From the NCBI GenBank assembly GCA_945883815.1, contig CAMCYJ010000009.1, forward strand, positions 6,821 through 70,820: a stretch of DNA of 64,000 nt, read 5' to 3'. Position 1 is the first letter of the stretch; every line of letters starts with the position of its first letter. Under the pieces are notes generated by a model. That model saw nothing but the letters and a program-made list of their open reading frames with translations. It searched no databases and had not been told where the DNA came from. Origin of the DNA: Akkermansia muciniphila (GTDB taxonomy: Bacteria > Verrucomicrobiota > Verrucomicrobiia > Limisphaerales > UBA9464). Below are positions 19,414-29,272 of this stretch, piece by piece. A program made the position numbers and the translations under genes.

Positions 19414-20148
19414 TCAGAGATGACGAATCTGGGGCTTGTACTTCTTCAACAGACGATCGTTGTGGTCGTCTCCCTGAGTGTTGCTGCTGATGTAAATCTC
19501 CGGCTCCACGCCCCGTTTGACCAACTGTTCGATGGCGTGCACCACGATGAGGTTGATGATGAGGATGCCCGTGATGGTCGAGGGCGGTCCGATGCGGTGG
19601 GGGAAACCTTCGACACCCATGGCGGCATCGCCATCGACGCCGCAATTGTCGATGACCAAGTCGGCGACGTCCGCCAGACGTTTTCCGGAAGGATGCCGCG
19701 AGGGCCAGCGGTGGGTTTGATCCAGATTGGTGATGGCCACGGTCTTGAGTCCGCGGGCCTTGCCCTCCAGCACCATTTCAATGGGCACCGCATTGCGTCC
19801 GCCGTTGGAAGCCACAACCAAGACATCGCCCACCTTGACTGGATATTGGTCCAAAATGGTCTTGGCCCGGCCTTGTTCCCGCTCCAGGTAGGTCGCCTCG
19901 ATGGCGTTGAGGTGCATCATCAAGGTCTCTTCCAGGATCGGAACGGCCCGTGCGAGGTGTCCGGCGCGGTAGAAGATTTCCTCGGCGACCATGTGGGAGT
20001 GACCGGTGCCGAAGGCGTACAGAAAGCCATCGGTGGCCAATGAGTCTGCGAGCCAGTTTCCGGCAGTCGTGATCGGGGATCGTTGGGTGTCGGCGACGCG
20101 GTCGAACTGGTTGCGTGCCACGGAGACGAATTGATCGTAGGCGGACAT
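19414..20148 (-). CDS. SIS (sugar isomerase/phosphosugar-binding) domain protein, UPF0309-like
   Basis: 244 aa from the ATG at 20148 (ORF extends to 20451). Has the motifs LYAFGTGHSHMVAEE and VLVVASNGGRN. Confidence 0.85.
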   Translation of the reverse strand: MSAYDQFVSVARNQFDRVADTQRSPITTAGNWLADSLATDGFLYAFGTGHSHMVAEEIFYRAGHLARAVPILEETLMMHLNAIEATYLEREQGRAKTILDQYPVKVGDVLVVASNGGRNAVPIEMVLEGKARGLKTVAITNLDQTHRWPSRHPSGKRLADVADLVIDNCGVDGDAAMGVEGFPHRIGPPSTITGILIINLIVVHAIEQLVKRGVEPEIYISSNTQGDDHNDRLLKKYKPQIRHL

Positions 20149-20341
20149 GTGCTGCTGTTGAACGCCTTTGTACCGGGCTGGGCAATACCAAATTCCAATC
20201 AGTTGGAATCTACGCCTGAAAACGCCGCTCGAATCAGCGCTCCAGCCGCTGAGATTTGGGTCGGATTCGCATCCGAAGCGGGACGTTCGCTCCATTGCGG
20301 AGTTTGACCCCTGTCGAAGTGCACCCATAGTGTTTCCAAGA

Positions 20342-21376
20342 ATGTTGGTCGCACTAGAAACGCAGTCTGGGATCCCTGAGGCAATTTCCGTTGCCGACTG
20401 GGAGCCTGTGATTGCCCCTGCTCGGGAATTTCTGGGTCGGGTATCGGCCATGATGGAGGCTCAAGTCGACGAGTTTGATTCGGAGATCGCTGAGTACGCC
20501 CGTTACGCGTTGGAAAACCAGGGCAAGCAATTGCGTCCCACCCTGGTCGCCTTGGCCGGCGGTGCGGTGGGTACATTGACCGACGATTCGGTGTCTGTGG
20601 CAGTGATCATCGAGATGATCCACCTGGCCACCCTGGTCCACGACGACATCATGGACGAGGCGAGCATGCGCCGTCGCAAAGCGACCCTTGCCGCCAAGTG
20701 GGGCAACCAGGTCGCGGTTCTCCTCGGGGATTGTTTGTTTGCCCACGCTCTCAAACTGGCGGCCGGTCTTCCCAGCGCCGAAGTGTCGCGGTTGGTGGCT
20801 TCTTCCAGCGGTCGGGTCTGTGCGGGCGAAATCCTGCAAAGCCACCGGCGCCGTCGGTGGGCAGTGGAGCGCTCCGATTACTTCAAGGTGATCGAGATGA
20901 AGACGGCCGAATTGTTCGCTCTCTCCTGTGATCTGGGGGCCCGACTTTCTGGGGGTGCCCCGGCAGAGATCGCTGCGCTTCGAAGCTACGGGCTGTCCTT
21001 GGGTACGGCTTACCAGATTTACGACGACTGCCTGGATCTCTACGGCGCCGAGTCCTCTGCCGGCAAATCCCTGGGCACGGACCTCGCCAGTGGCAAGGTG
21101 ACCCTGCCGCTCATCATGGGTTTGGATCACTCCAACCCGGAAGACCGTGAAGCTTTGGTCGGATGGTTGGAAGATTGGCGGCCTGAATACTTTCCGCGGG
21201 TGCGAAGCCTCTTGGAGCAACACCAAGCCTTGGAGCGATCCCGGGAGGTGATTGGAAAATTTTTGAACGACTCGGACACCGCGTTGTCCACTCTCAAGCC
21301 CGGGCCGCAGGTCGAGGCCTTGTATGCGCTAAGCCGTTTTCTGGCGCGACAAACCGACTTGCTCGCCGGCGCTTGA
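20342..21376 (+). CDS. Long-chain polyprenyl diphosphate synthase
   Basis: 344 aa from the ATG at 20342. The Asp-rich motifs are LVHDDIMDE and QIYDDCLD. Confidence 0.9.
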   Translation: MLVALETQSGIPEAISVADWEPVIAPAREFLGRVSAMMEAQVDEFDSEIAEYARYALENQGKQLRPTLVALAGGAVGTLTDDSVSVAVIIEMIHLATLVHDDIMDEASMRRRKATLAAKWGNQVAVLLGDCLFAHALKLAAGLPSAEVSRLVASSSGRVCAGEILQSHRRRRWAVERSDYFKVIEMKTAELFALSCDLGARLSGGAPAEIAALRSYGLSLGTAYQIYDDCLDLYGAESSAGKSLGTDLASGKVTLPLIMGLDHSNPEDREALVGWLEDWRPEYFPRVRSLLEQHQALERSREVIGKFLNDSDTALSTLKPGPQVEALYALSRFLARQTDLLAGA

Positions 21377-21379
21377 GCC

Positions 21380-22036
21380 GTGAGCGTTGCAGCATTGATG
21401 GATCCAATCGCCGAGTCGACCCAGTCGACCATATTGGCCCGAACTGCCCCGAATGCCGAAGAGGCGTCCGAGGTGGTGCATCGTGTGCGTCGGGCCCAGG
21501 CGGGTGATCTCGCGGCCTACGACCAGTTGGTAAACCAGTTCCAAGAGCGGATCTATGGGCTTTGCTACCACATGACCTCCCATCATGAGGATGCACATGA
21601 CTTGGCCCAAGACACCTTCGTGAAGGCCTGGCAGGCCCTCAAGAATTTCAAGGGAGACTCGAGTTTCTACACCTGGATCTACCGGATCGCGGTCAACACC
21701 TGCCTCAACCACCTCAAGCTCCGCCGGAATCGGACCCCGCATCTCAGCCTCAATGACTTGGATGTCCAACCCGAGAACGATCCGGACCTGGTGGCACTGG
21801 TTTCAGACAAGACCCCTCGGCGCGAAGCCAACCTTGCAGAACTTCAGCGTCGGTTGAACGAAGCCCTTCTCAAGCTGTCAGAAGACCATCGATCTGTGGT
21901 AACCCTCCACGATATCCAAGGACTGCCTCACGATCAGATCGCCAAAATTCTCGGGGTGAATCCAGGAACGGTGCGATCCAGGCTTTTCTATGCTCATCAA
22001 CAGCTCCAAGGATGGTTGGCAGATTGGATGAAATAA
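21380..22036 (+). CDS. ECF RNA polymerase sigma factor (sigma-24/RpoE-like)
   Basis: Region 2 is DLAQDTFVKAWQAL...YTWIYRIAVN. Region 4 is LSEDHRSVVTLHDIQGLPHDQIAKILGVNPGTVRSRL. Starts 3 nt after the upstream stop. Confidence 0.92.
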   Translation: MSVAALMDPIAESTQSTILARTAPNAEEASEVVHRVRRAQAGDLAAYDQLVNQFQERIYGLCYHMTSHHEDAHDLAQDTFVKAWQALKNFKGDSSFYTWIYRIAVNTCLNHLKLRRNRTPHLSLNDLDVQPENDPDLVALVSDKTPRREANLAELQRRLNEALLKLSEDHRSVVTLHDIQGLPHDQIAKILGVNPGTVRSRLFYAHQQLQGWLADWMK

Positions 22037-22061
22037 CCGGTTTTCAAGTGCAACGCAGGCT

Positions 22062-22640
22062 ATGACTGACGACGAATCCTCCAAGAGACTGCAACAATTG
22101 ATCCGTTTGAAGCGTCATGAGACGCCGCCTCCGGGTTATTTCAATGAGTTCTCGGACGGTGTCCTGGATCGCATCCGCGATCTGGAATCCAAACGAGCCG
22201 TCCCCTGGTGGCGTCGATGGTTTTCTCGCGGGCTGCAATCTTCTTCTGGTTCGGTCCCTGAAAGCGGTTTCAGGTCTGTGTGGGTTTGGAACGCGGCCAT
22301 CGGGTTATCGACCTTGGTGATCCTGGCGGGGGGGCTCTACTGGGCATCGCTCCTGACCGATCCAGAGAAGGAGGCTGGCGATCCACTGCTACAGGCTGCC
22401 AGTTCTGGCAATCCATTGTCGGCTTCTTCGGCGGCTTCCACTGTCCTGTTGGCCAGATCGATGTCCGAATTGGTCGAACCCCGAAGCGTTCAATTCCGTC
22501 CTGTGACGGTGTCTATGTCGGGTTCTTCGACCGAATTGTCTTCAACCAATCCTTTGCCTTCCGGTTTGTTTCAGTTGCCTGGGGCTTCTGGTGGTGGCTC
22601 CGAGGCTTACCGAGTCCGTTTCGGAAACAGCCCCCGATAG
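22062..22640 (+). CDS. Putative anti-sigma factor (single-pass membrane protein)
   Basis: 192 aa, immediately downstream of the ECF sigma gene. Has a cytoplasmic N-terminus, one TM helix (VWVWNAAIGLSTLVILAGGLYWA) and a Ser-rich C-terminus. The role is inferred from position. Confidence 0.55.
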   Translation: MTDDESSKRLQQLIRLKRHETPPPGYFNEFSDGVLDRIRDLESKRAVPWWRRWFSRGLQSSSGSVPESGFRSVWVWNAAIGLSTLVILAGGLYWASLLTDPEKEAGDPLLQAASSGNPLSASSAASTVLLARSMSELVEPRSVQFRPVTVSMSGSSTELSSTNPLPSGLFQLPGASGGGSEAYRVRFGNSPR

Positions 22641-22757
22641 GCCCTTAACCGTTGAGGAGGTCCAACGGCGCATTCGCTGCTGGTCGACCTTTCAAGCAGG
22701 TTGCGACTGAAGATTCGTGCTGGGGCGGGTGAGGGTTTTCCGGAGAATGCCTGCCTC

Positions 22758-22800
22758 AAAAAACACCAACGGGCCGCCTGCGATATCACAGACGGCCCGT
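22758..22800 (-). terminator. Rho-independent terminator candidate downstream of the CvpA-family gene
   Basis: An 8-bp stem ACGGGCCG/CGGCCCGT (22769-22776 / 22793-22800) is followed on the minus strand by TTGGTGTTTTTT. Confidence 0.45.
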
Positions 22801-22837
22801 GAGCGAATGCTCGTCGTGGAGCGACGGGAGCCGTGGC

Positions 22838-24223
22838 TCAGCTGGTGCGAACGAAGTAGACGGTGAATTTCTTATCGCCGGTGCCAAACGACCAAGTCAG
22901 GCGCCCCGTGTCATTGACCAAAGCGTCGAGCGATTGCTTGGAGCCCTCAAGCTCCGCCCCGAGAACATATCGGCCGTCGGCCCGAGTCCAAGTGCCGTCG
23001 AAGGATTTGAGTCCCTGGATGAATTCGATGCCGGGTGGCAGCTTGGCCACCTTGGCTGCTTTGGGTTGTGCTGCCGGGACAGCCGGGGTTCCGGCCGACG
23101 AGGGGCGTAGACCATATCTGGCCATGTAGGCGTTTTGTGTCGTAGTCGGGCTGGGAGCTGCGGGATCGCCGCCCTCCGGGTTGACCGCGGCGACCCGGGC
23201 GGCCGGAGGGGCGATCTTAATGGAGAAGCGGCCGTCGGTGTAGGCCACCAGCGTCGCTCCCGAAAGAATTGGGCCCAATGCCGCGCGAACGCTCCGCATT
23301 TCCGCCGGGCTCAAGTTCAGCCGTTCGCGCTTGAGTTGGGTGAAGACGGTGCCCGGATCCATCCGCCAGCGGCCGAGGATCTTCTCGTCTTCATAGCGGG
23401 GCGAAATTCCGGTTTCGAGGTACTTGCGGAAGTCCTTCAGATCCACCTTGGCGAAGGTTTCGCGCAAGGTAGGGCTGAACAGCACCGCCGCCGCCTTCGG
23501 GTGGTTGAGCATGACGGAAAAGGCTGGCTTGCTTTGGATCAGCTTCAGGAATTCGGCATCGGAACCGATTTCTGCGAATTCTTGCTGGGCGCCGAGGGCC
23601 AGGAACGGAGGGTAATTTTCGGCGCGACCTTGAACCAGCGGGTTGGCATGCAAGATCCCGAGAATGTCCGACACCTCGTAGTACTTGGCCGGTGAATTGT
23701 CCATCGCGGCGAAGGTTCGAGCCCAACCCGTCGATTCCATTTCCGAGCGCAATTGGGCGATGTATCGCACCGGTGTGGCCTCGCCGTTCTCGCTGGTGAC
23801 CTGTGTGATCAGGTAGCCTTGCCGGTAGACGAAGTTGCCCACGCTAAAGAAAACGCAGATGCCGGAAATGAGTCCCACGAAGAGTCCGATGGCTTGGTTC
23901 ATCCGTTCGAACGCAGCGCGCGTCTGCTCATCGGAGCGGTACTTGAAGTAGAGTTCCACCGGTCGGTGTGCCGCGACCCCGATCACCAAGAAGATGATGG
24001 TCAAGAGGCTGAAGACAATCACCCCGGGCAGGAGTGTCAGGTCGACGAGATCCTTGACCCCCATCATGGCGAGGCCGGCGCTCACCGGTCCACTGGTGAC
24101 ACCGGCCAGCATCAAGGCCAGCGCGGCGCCAATGAAGCCGACACCCCAACGAATGGCGCCGGCTTGATGACCCAGCAGGCCAAACCCGCCGACCAAAGCG
24201 ATTGCTACGACCCAGATAAGCAT
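22838..24223 (-). CDS. CvpA-family membrane protein with a large C-terminal extension
   Basis: 461 aa. The N-terminal ~170 aa have four TM helices in a CvpA-like pattern (MLIWVVAIALVGGFGLLGH...). The rest is soluble. Confidence 0.7.
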   Translation of the reverse strand: MLIWVVAIALVGGFGLLGHQAGAIRWGVGFIGAALALMLAGVTSGPVSAGLAMMGVKDLVDLTLLPGVIVFSLLTIIFLVIGVAAHRPVELYFKYRSDEQTRAAFERMNQAIGLFVGLISGICVFFSVGNFVYRQGYLITQVTSENGEATPVRYIAQLRSEMESTGWARTFAAMDNSPAKYYEVSDILGILHANPLVQGRAENYPPFLALGAQQEFAEIGSDAEFLKLIQSKPAFSVMLNHPKAAAVLFSPTLRETFAKVDLKDFRKYLETGISPRYEDEKILGRWRMDPGTVFTQLKRERLNLSPAEMRSVRAALGPILSGATLVAYTDGRFSIKIAPPAARVAAVNPEGGDPAAPSPTTTQNAYMARYGLRPSSAGTPAVPAAQPKAAKVAKLPPGIEFIQGLKSFDGTWTRADGRYVLGAELEGSKQSLDALVNDTGRLTWSFGTGDKKFTVYFVRTS

Positions 24224-24324
24224 GGCCGTAGGCTAGAAAGTCCCGTGCCAACGCGCACGCGGAAAATCCAGTGTCTTCCGGCAAGGCTTGCGAATCCGAG
24301 TGTTGGTTTCCATGGTTTGGGACC

Positions 24325-26061
24325 ATGAGCCTCTTGCCCTTCGGTGAATTGTCTCCGTTTCGCCCCCGCCGCTTCGTGCCGGCAACCTTGGCTTTGGGAG
24401 ACTGGCAAGCCGTGGCCCCGTTCTTTGACCAACTGGAGGCCCGGGCGGCGGGTTGCACTTCCGTGGGCGAGTTGGAACGGTGGCTGTTGGATGCCGGCGA
24501 ATTGTCCGCAGCCCTCGATGAAGAACGGGCCCGCCGATACATCGCCAAGACCTGCCACACCGACAACGCCGAGGCTGAGAAGGCGTACCTGCAGTTTGTG
24601 GAGGTCATCGATCCGGCCCTGAAACCTCGGCAATTCACCTTGGCCGAATTATTTCTCAAGCACCCTTTCCGTCACCAACTCCCACCGGCGCAGTACGAAG
24701 TGTTCGATCGCGCCACGGCCCTCCAGGTGGAGTTGTATCGACCGGAGAACATCCCCTTGGAGACCGAAGAGGCCAAGGTGGGCAACGAGTACAACAAACT
24801 CAGCGGCAGCCTGACGGTGGATTTCCGCGGCGAGGAGAAGACGCTCGTGGCCATGGGGCGCTTCCAGGAAGAACCGGATCGGGCCTTGCGTGAAGAGGCC
24901 TGGAAATCCGTGGCCGCCCGCCGGGTTCAGGAGGCCGATCGTTTCGATGCGTTCCTCGATGAATTGATCCGCATCCGTCACCAAATCGCCCTCAATGCCG
25001 GGTTCCCGGACTACGTTGCCTATGCCTATCGGATGCGCGGACGCTTCGACTATGGCCCGGAAGACTGCCGCAAGTTCCATGACGCCATTGAAACGGAAGT
25101 CATGCCCATCTTCCGGAAGTTGCAGTCCCAGCGTCGCCAGAAACTCGGGGTGGAGCGCCTGCGTCCGTGGGACACGCAGGTGGATCCGTTGAACCGCCCG
25201 CCGCTGAAGCCCTTTGCCACCTCGGCAGAAATGGAAACCGGTGTTCAGACGGTTTTCGACCGCATGAACCCCGAGTTGGCGGCCGGATTCCGTGGGATGC
25301 GAGAGAAGCGCTTGCTCGATTTGGACAACCGCAAGGGCAAGGCCCCGGGTGGCTACCAATACACGCTGAGCGAGGCGCGTTTGCCGTTCATTTTTATGAA
25401 CTCGGTGGGCCTTCAGCGCGATCTGGAGACCATCCTCCACGAGGCCGGGCATGCCTTTCATGCGCTGGCCTGTCGGGAGCAGGATTTGCCGCTCTATCGG
25501 GAGGCTCCCATCGAGTTCTGCGAAGTGGCTTCCATGGCCATGGAACTGCTCGGCGCGGAACACTTGGAGGTGTTCTACAGCCCGACCGACGCGCTGCGGG
25601 CGCGCACGGTGCACTTGGAAGGGGTCATTGGTGTGTTCCCCTGGATCGCCACCATCGATGCGTTCCAGCACTGGCTTTATTCCCATCCCAATCACAGCCG
25701 GGACGAACGCCGGGCCGCTTGGTTGGCATTGATGGACCGCTTCGGGGGCGACGTCGATTGGTCGGGTTGCGAATTGGCCCGGGCCAACCTCTGGCACAAG
25801 CAACTCCATGTCTTCCTGTATCCGTTCTACTACGTCGAGTACGGCATCGCCCAATTGGGTGCGTTGCAAGTTTGGGTCAATGCCCAGCGCGATCCGGCCA
25901 AGGCACTGGCTGATTATCAGGCGGGATTGGCTCTGGGCGGCAGTCGCCCGTTGCCAGAACTCTTCGCCAAGGCCGGTTGCCGCTTTGATTTTGGCCGTGA
26001 AACCGTCCAACCGCTGGTGGCCCGGGTTTCGGAAGCCTTGGATCGACTGGCGGCCCGCTGA
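24325..26061 (+). CDS. M3-family oligoendopeptidase (PepF-like)
   Basis: 578 aa from the ATG at 24325. Has the zinc motif HEAGHAFH. Confidence 0.9.
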   Translation: MSLLPFGELSPFRPRRFVPATLALGDWQAVAPFFDQLEARAAGCTSVGELERWLLDAGELSAALDEERARRYIAKTCHTDNAEAEKAYLQFVEVIDPALKPRQFTLAELFLKHPFRHQLPPAQYEVFDRATALQVELYRPENIPLETEEAKVGNEYNKLSGSLTVDFRGEEKTLVAMGRFQEEPDRALREEAWKSVAARRVQEADRFDAFLDELIRIRHQIALNAGFPDYVAYAYRMRGRFDYGPEDCRKFHDAIETEVMPIFRKLQSQRRQKLGVERLRPWDTQVDPLNRPPLKPFATSAEMETGVQTVFDRMNPELAAGFRGMREKRLLDLDNRKGKAPGGYQYTLSEARLPFIFMNSVGLQRDLETILHEAGHAFHALACREQDLPLYREAPIEFCEVASMAMELLGAEHLEVFYSPTDALRARTVHLEGVIGVFPWIATIDAFQHWLYSHPNHSRDERRAAWLALMDRFGGDVDWSGCELARANLWHKQLHVFLYPFYYVEYGIAQLGALQVWVNAQRDPAKALADYQAGLALGGSRPLPELFAKAGCRFDFGRETVQPLVARVSEALDRLAAR

Positions 26062-26082
26062 CCCGTCGGTCGACGGGCGGCT

Positions 26083-27252
26083 TCAGTACGCCTCAGCGAG
26101 GACTTGGCCCAGTACCTCATCGGTCAGGCGGATGGGGTTGCCCTTCATGCTGCTGGAGGCTTGGGCGGCCCGGATTAGTTCCGGGAAATCCGAGACACGG
26201 ATTCCATACGAGGCCAGTCGAGGGATTTGCCAATTGCGCACCGATTCGGCGATCCACCGCAGACCCTCGTCGATGGAGGCTCCCGGAATGCCTGTGAGCC
26301 ACTGGGCGGCTTGTCGGTAGCGTTCGAGAGCGGGATGTTTGGGTGTCGTCCGGGACAAGGTTTCGACATTGGCTCGCCACACAGGGCCCAACACCGCGGC
26401 ACAAACCGCGCCATGGGGTGCTTGGAAGCGTCCGCCAATGGGGCCTGCCAAGCCGTGGACTGCCCCCAACCCGGAATGAGCCAGCGCCAGCCCGCTGAGG
26501 AAGGCCCCGTAGGCCAGGTCGGTGCGGGCTTCGAGATCTTGGCCGTTGGCGATGGCCTTGCCCAACGAACGCACCATCCGCGGGATTCCCTCGCGGCAGC
26601 AGGCGTCGGTCATGCCGTTGGCCTTGCCACTCACCCAGGGTTCCAGCAGTTGGGTGAGTGCATCGAGACCCGTGCTGGCCGTGAGTCCGGGTGGAAGCCC
26701 GAGGGACAGGCTGGGGTCGATCAAGGCGATGCGGGGCACCATTTTCGGGCTCCGCAAACTGACCTTCAACGCGTGCTCGGGTGAAGTGAGCACCGCATTC
26801 CGCGTGGCCTCGGCTCCGGTCCCGGCGGTGGTCGGCATTGCCAGGAAGGGCAGGGGATGGTTTTCGAGCGGAAGCCCCTGTCCGATGATCTCCAAGAATC
26901 GGAACACATCGCCCGATTGAGGGGTCAATGCCGCGATGGCCTTGCCGGCATCGAGAACGGATCCACCGCCGCAAGCCACCACACAGTCGACGCCGAGATT
27001 CCGGGCCGCTTCGGCGCCGGCCCGCACCTCGGACACCGTGGGTTCGCCCGCCACCGCCCATTCCACCCAGTTCAATCCGGCCGATCGAAAAGATTCCCGC
27101 ACGGGTTCCGCTCGGCGCACATCGCGGCCGGTGACCAGCAGCGCCGATTGGCCCAGCGAGGCGGTGAGCGTCCCGGCCTGAGTGACCCTCCCGGGACCGA
27201 AGACGATGCGCTCCGGTTGGGCAAATTCGAAGGCGCTGGCCGGAGAGGGCAT
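26083..27252 (-). CDS. Iron-containing (group III) alcohol dehydrogenase
   Basis: 389 aa from the ATG at 27252 (ORF extends to 27678). Has GGGSVLDAGKAIA. The start shares one base with the upstream stop (TGATG). Confidence 0.9.
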   Translation of the reverse strand: MPSPASAFEFAQPERIVFGPGRVTQAGTLTASLGQSALLVTGRDVRRAEPVRESFRSAGLNWVEWAVAGEPTVSEVRAGAEAARNLGVDCVVACGGGSVLDAGKAIAALTPQSGDVFRFLEIIGQGLPLENHPLPFLAMPTTAGTGAEATRNAVLTSPEHALKVSLRSPKMVPRIALIDPSLSLGLPPGLTASTGLDALTQLLEPWVSGKANGMTDACCREGIPRMVRSLGKAIANGQDLEARTDLAYGAFLSGLALAHSGLGAVHGLAGPIGGRFQAPHGAVCAAVLGPVWRANVETLSRTTPKHPALERYRQAAQWLTGIPGASIDEGLRWIAESVRNWQIPRLASYGIRVSDFPELIRAAQASSSMKGNPIRLTDEVLGQVLAEAY

Positions 27253-27548
27253 CAGTCCGGAAGGTGGACGGAGTGGTAGCGCACGCTCTGTCGGGGCACG
27301 GCCATCATGGGTGCCACCGTGTCGCGCCAGGTGGCGTAGTGCGGGGTGGCTTTGTGATCGGCCGGGGCCGATTCGGTGCGGTAGGCCTCCACGAGCACGA
27401 ACCGGCAAGGGTCGTCCTGCTGTTGCACCACGTCGAAGCGGGCCACTCCCGGTTCCCGCAGTGAGGCTTCGGCATTGGCGCGGGTGGCGGCGATGAAGTC
27501 GGCCACCGATTCGGGTTTCACCTGGACCAAAACATGAACGACGAGCAT
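27252..27548 (-). CDS. Antibiotic-biosynthesis-monooxygenase (ABM) fold protein
   Basis: 98 aa from the ATG at 27548. Shows [18 protein letters not shown]...FVLVEAYR...HKATPHY. Confidence 0.8.
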   Translation of the reverse strand: MLVVHVLVQVKPESVADFIAATRANAEASLREPGVARFDVVQQQDDPCRFVLVEAYRTESAPADHKATPHYATWRDTVAPMMAVPRQSVRYHSVHLPD

Positions 27549-27571
27549 GGGCTTCAATTCTGGGGTGGTGC

Positions 27572-28699
27572 TCAAATGGAAATCCGGCGGTTGCGAGCTT
27601 GGACCGTCCAAGCCCTCGTGGCCCGCCCGTTCTCAGCCAGCCAGACCTCCTGGTGCAAGGCCACGGTCGGGCACACATGCCAGGGCAGGGAGTAGATCAC
27701 GTCGCCCAAACGCAAAGCGTCGGCCGTCGGCGATTCCACCACCAGGTGCTCTTCGCTGTGACTGAGAGCGGTGGCGTCCGGGAGGTTCAGGAAGACGGTT
27801 CGGGGGTGGGGCATTTCCGCGGCCACGGCCTTGTGTCCGAGGTCCAAGCACACTTGCCGGGGGGCGGGACGGCTGATGACGCGCGACAGCAGCACGGCGG
27901 CGGGCTCGAAGGGTAGGTCGGGCAGTTTGTGGGCGTAGCCGGCGTCCCAGAGAACGGTGGTTCCCGGGCTCAGCAATACATTGGTGCGCGCCGCATGGAT
28001 GGCGAAAGTCGGGGAACCCCCGGCGATGACTCCCAGCGGTCTGCCCAATTCAGCTTCGATGCGACTTCTCAAGGCGGCCACGGGCGCGAAAGCCTCATCG
28101 CAAGTGCGGGTGCGCTCGGTGAGATCAGTGATGCCCAAATGGCCGTCGTAGGCATGCAAGCCGTCAAAGCGCAACGTGGGCTCCGCGTCCCGAAGGGATC
28201 GGAGCAATTTGCTGCCGGGGACCCGATCCGGTGCGATGCCCGTGCGGTGTTGGCCGATGTCGAGGTCGATCCAAATCCCGAGGGGTTTTGAGATGGGACA
28301 CGCGGCGGCGGCAGATCGAAGCGATTCCACGACGCTGGCATCGTCGACGACGGCCGACCACTGGAGGTCCTGGAATCGGGAGGCCAGACGGATCCAACGC
28401 TCGATTTGCGGACCCACGGGTTGGACCGCCAGCAGGATGCTCCGGACGCCCTCGACCCCGGCCACCATCTCGGCCTCAGCAATGGTGGCGCATTTGAATT
28501 GCACGATGCCCAGACCCACTTGCCAGGCGATTAGTTCGGGCAGCTTGTGGGTCTTCACATGGGGCCACAACCGGAGCGGATCTCCGGCAATGGCCACCAT
28601 GCGCTTCAAATTGGCTTCGATCCGGCCCCGGTGCAGGACCAGTGTCGGCGACGGGATTTCCGCCGCATTCTCCAGAACGAACCAGGGGTTTGGGGCCAT
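27572..28699 (-). CDS. D-TA family PLP enzyme (D-threonine aldolase / D-serine dehydratase-like, alanine racemase N-terminal fold)
   Basis: 375 aa. Has the PLP-lysine motif WPHVKTHK. Confidence 0.88.
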   Translation of the reverse strand: MAPNPWFVLENAAEIPSPTLVLHRGRIEANLKRMVAIAGDPLRLWPHVKTHKLPELIAWQVGLGIVQFKCATIAEAEMVAGVEGVRSILLAVQPVGPQIERWIRLASRFQDLQWSAVVDDASVVESLRSAAAACPISKPLGIWIDLDIGQHRTGIAPDRVPGSKLLRSLRDAEPTLRFDGLHAYDGHLGITDLTERTRTCDEAFAPVAALRSRIEAELGRPLGVIAGGSPTFAIHAARTNVLLSPGTTVLWDAGYAHKLPDLPFEPAAVLLSRVISRPAPRQVCLDLGHKAVAAEMPHPRTVFLNLPDATALSHSEEHLVVESPTADALRLGDVIYSLPWHVCPTVALHQEVWLAENGRATRAWTVQARNRRISI

Positions 28700-28712
28700 C
28701 GGATCGCAGGGA

Positions 28713-29174
28713 TCAGTGAAGTTCGAAGATCACCTCGATCTCGACGGGAATGTTTCCGGGCAGTGGTCCCATGCCGATGGCGCTGCGGGCTCCGATGCCA
28801 TTCTCAGGTCCCCAGATTTCCGCGAAGAGCTCGCTGCAGCCGTTGATGACCTTGGGGTGATCGTAGAAATCGGCCGCCGAATTGACCATGCCCAGGGTCT
28901 TCACCACGCGCTTCACTTTGTCGAGGGATCCGAGTTGCGAGCGCAAGGTCGCCAGAATGGCCAGGCCTACTTGTCGGGCGGCGGCTTTCCCGGCGTCCAG
29001 GTCGAGGTCTTTGCCCACGACGCCGGTGATCAAAGTGCCGTCGGTGCGCACCGGGCCGTGACCCGACACGTAGGCGGCATTTCCGAAGACCACCAACGGT
29101 TTGTAAACGGCCACGGGTTTCGGGGCGGGAGGGAGAACGAGGGAAAGGGCAGCGAGTTGGGATTCAGCACTCAT
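28713..29174 (-). CDS. RidA/YjgF family reactive-intermediate deaminase
   Basis: 153 aa from the ATG at 29174. Has the C-terminal block RSAIGMGPLPGNIPVEIEVIF. Confidence 0.9.
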   Translation of the reverse strand: MSAESQLAALSLVLPPAPKPVAVYKPLVVFGNAAYVSGHGPVRTDGTLITGVVGKDLDLDAGKAAARQVGLAILATLRSQLGSLDKVKRVVKTLGMVNSAADFYDHPKVINGCSELFAEIWGPENGIGARSAIGMGPLPGNIPVEIEVIFELH

Positions 29175-29272
29175 GGTCTTGAAAGGTTCCAAAAATCCGC
29201 CGTTTGCAGCAAACCCTCAATTCCGGAGTCATGCCAAAGTCGGATGGACCCGGTGCCGGGAACAGCCTCAGA

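Noticed and set aside
26062-26077. Hairpin CCCGTC-GGTC-GACGGG between convergent pepF and adh
   Set aside because: The stem is real, but it has only 6 bp and no U-tract on either strand. That is too weak to call a terminator.
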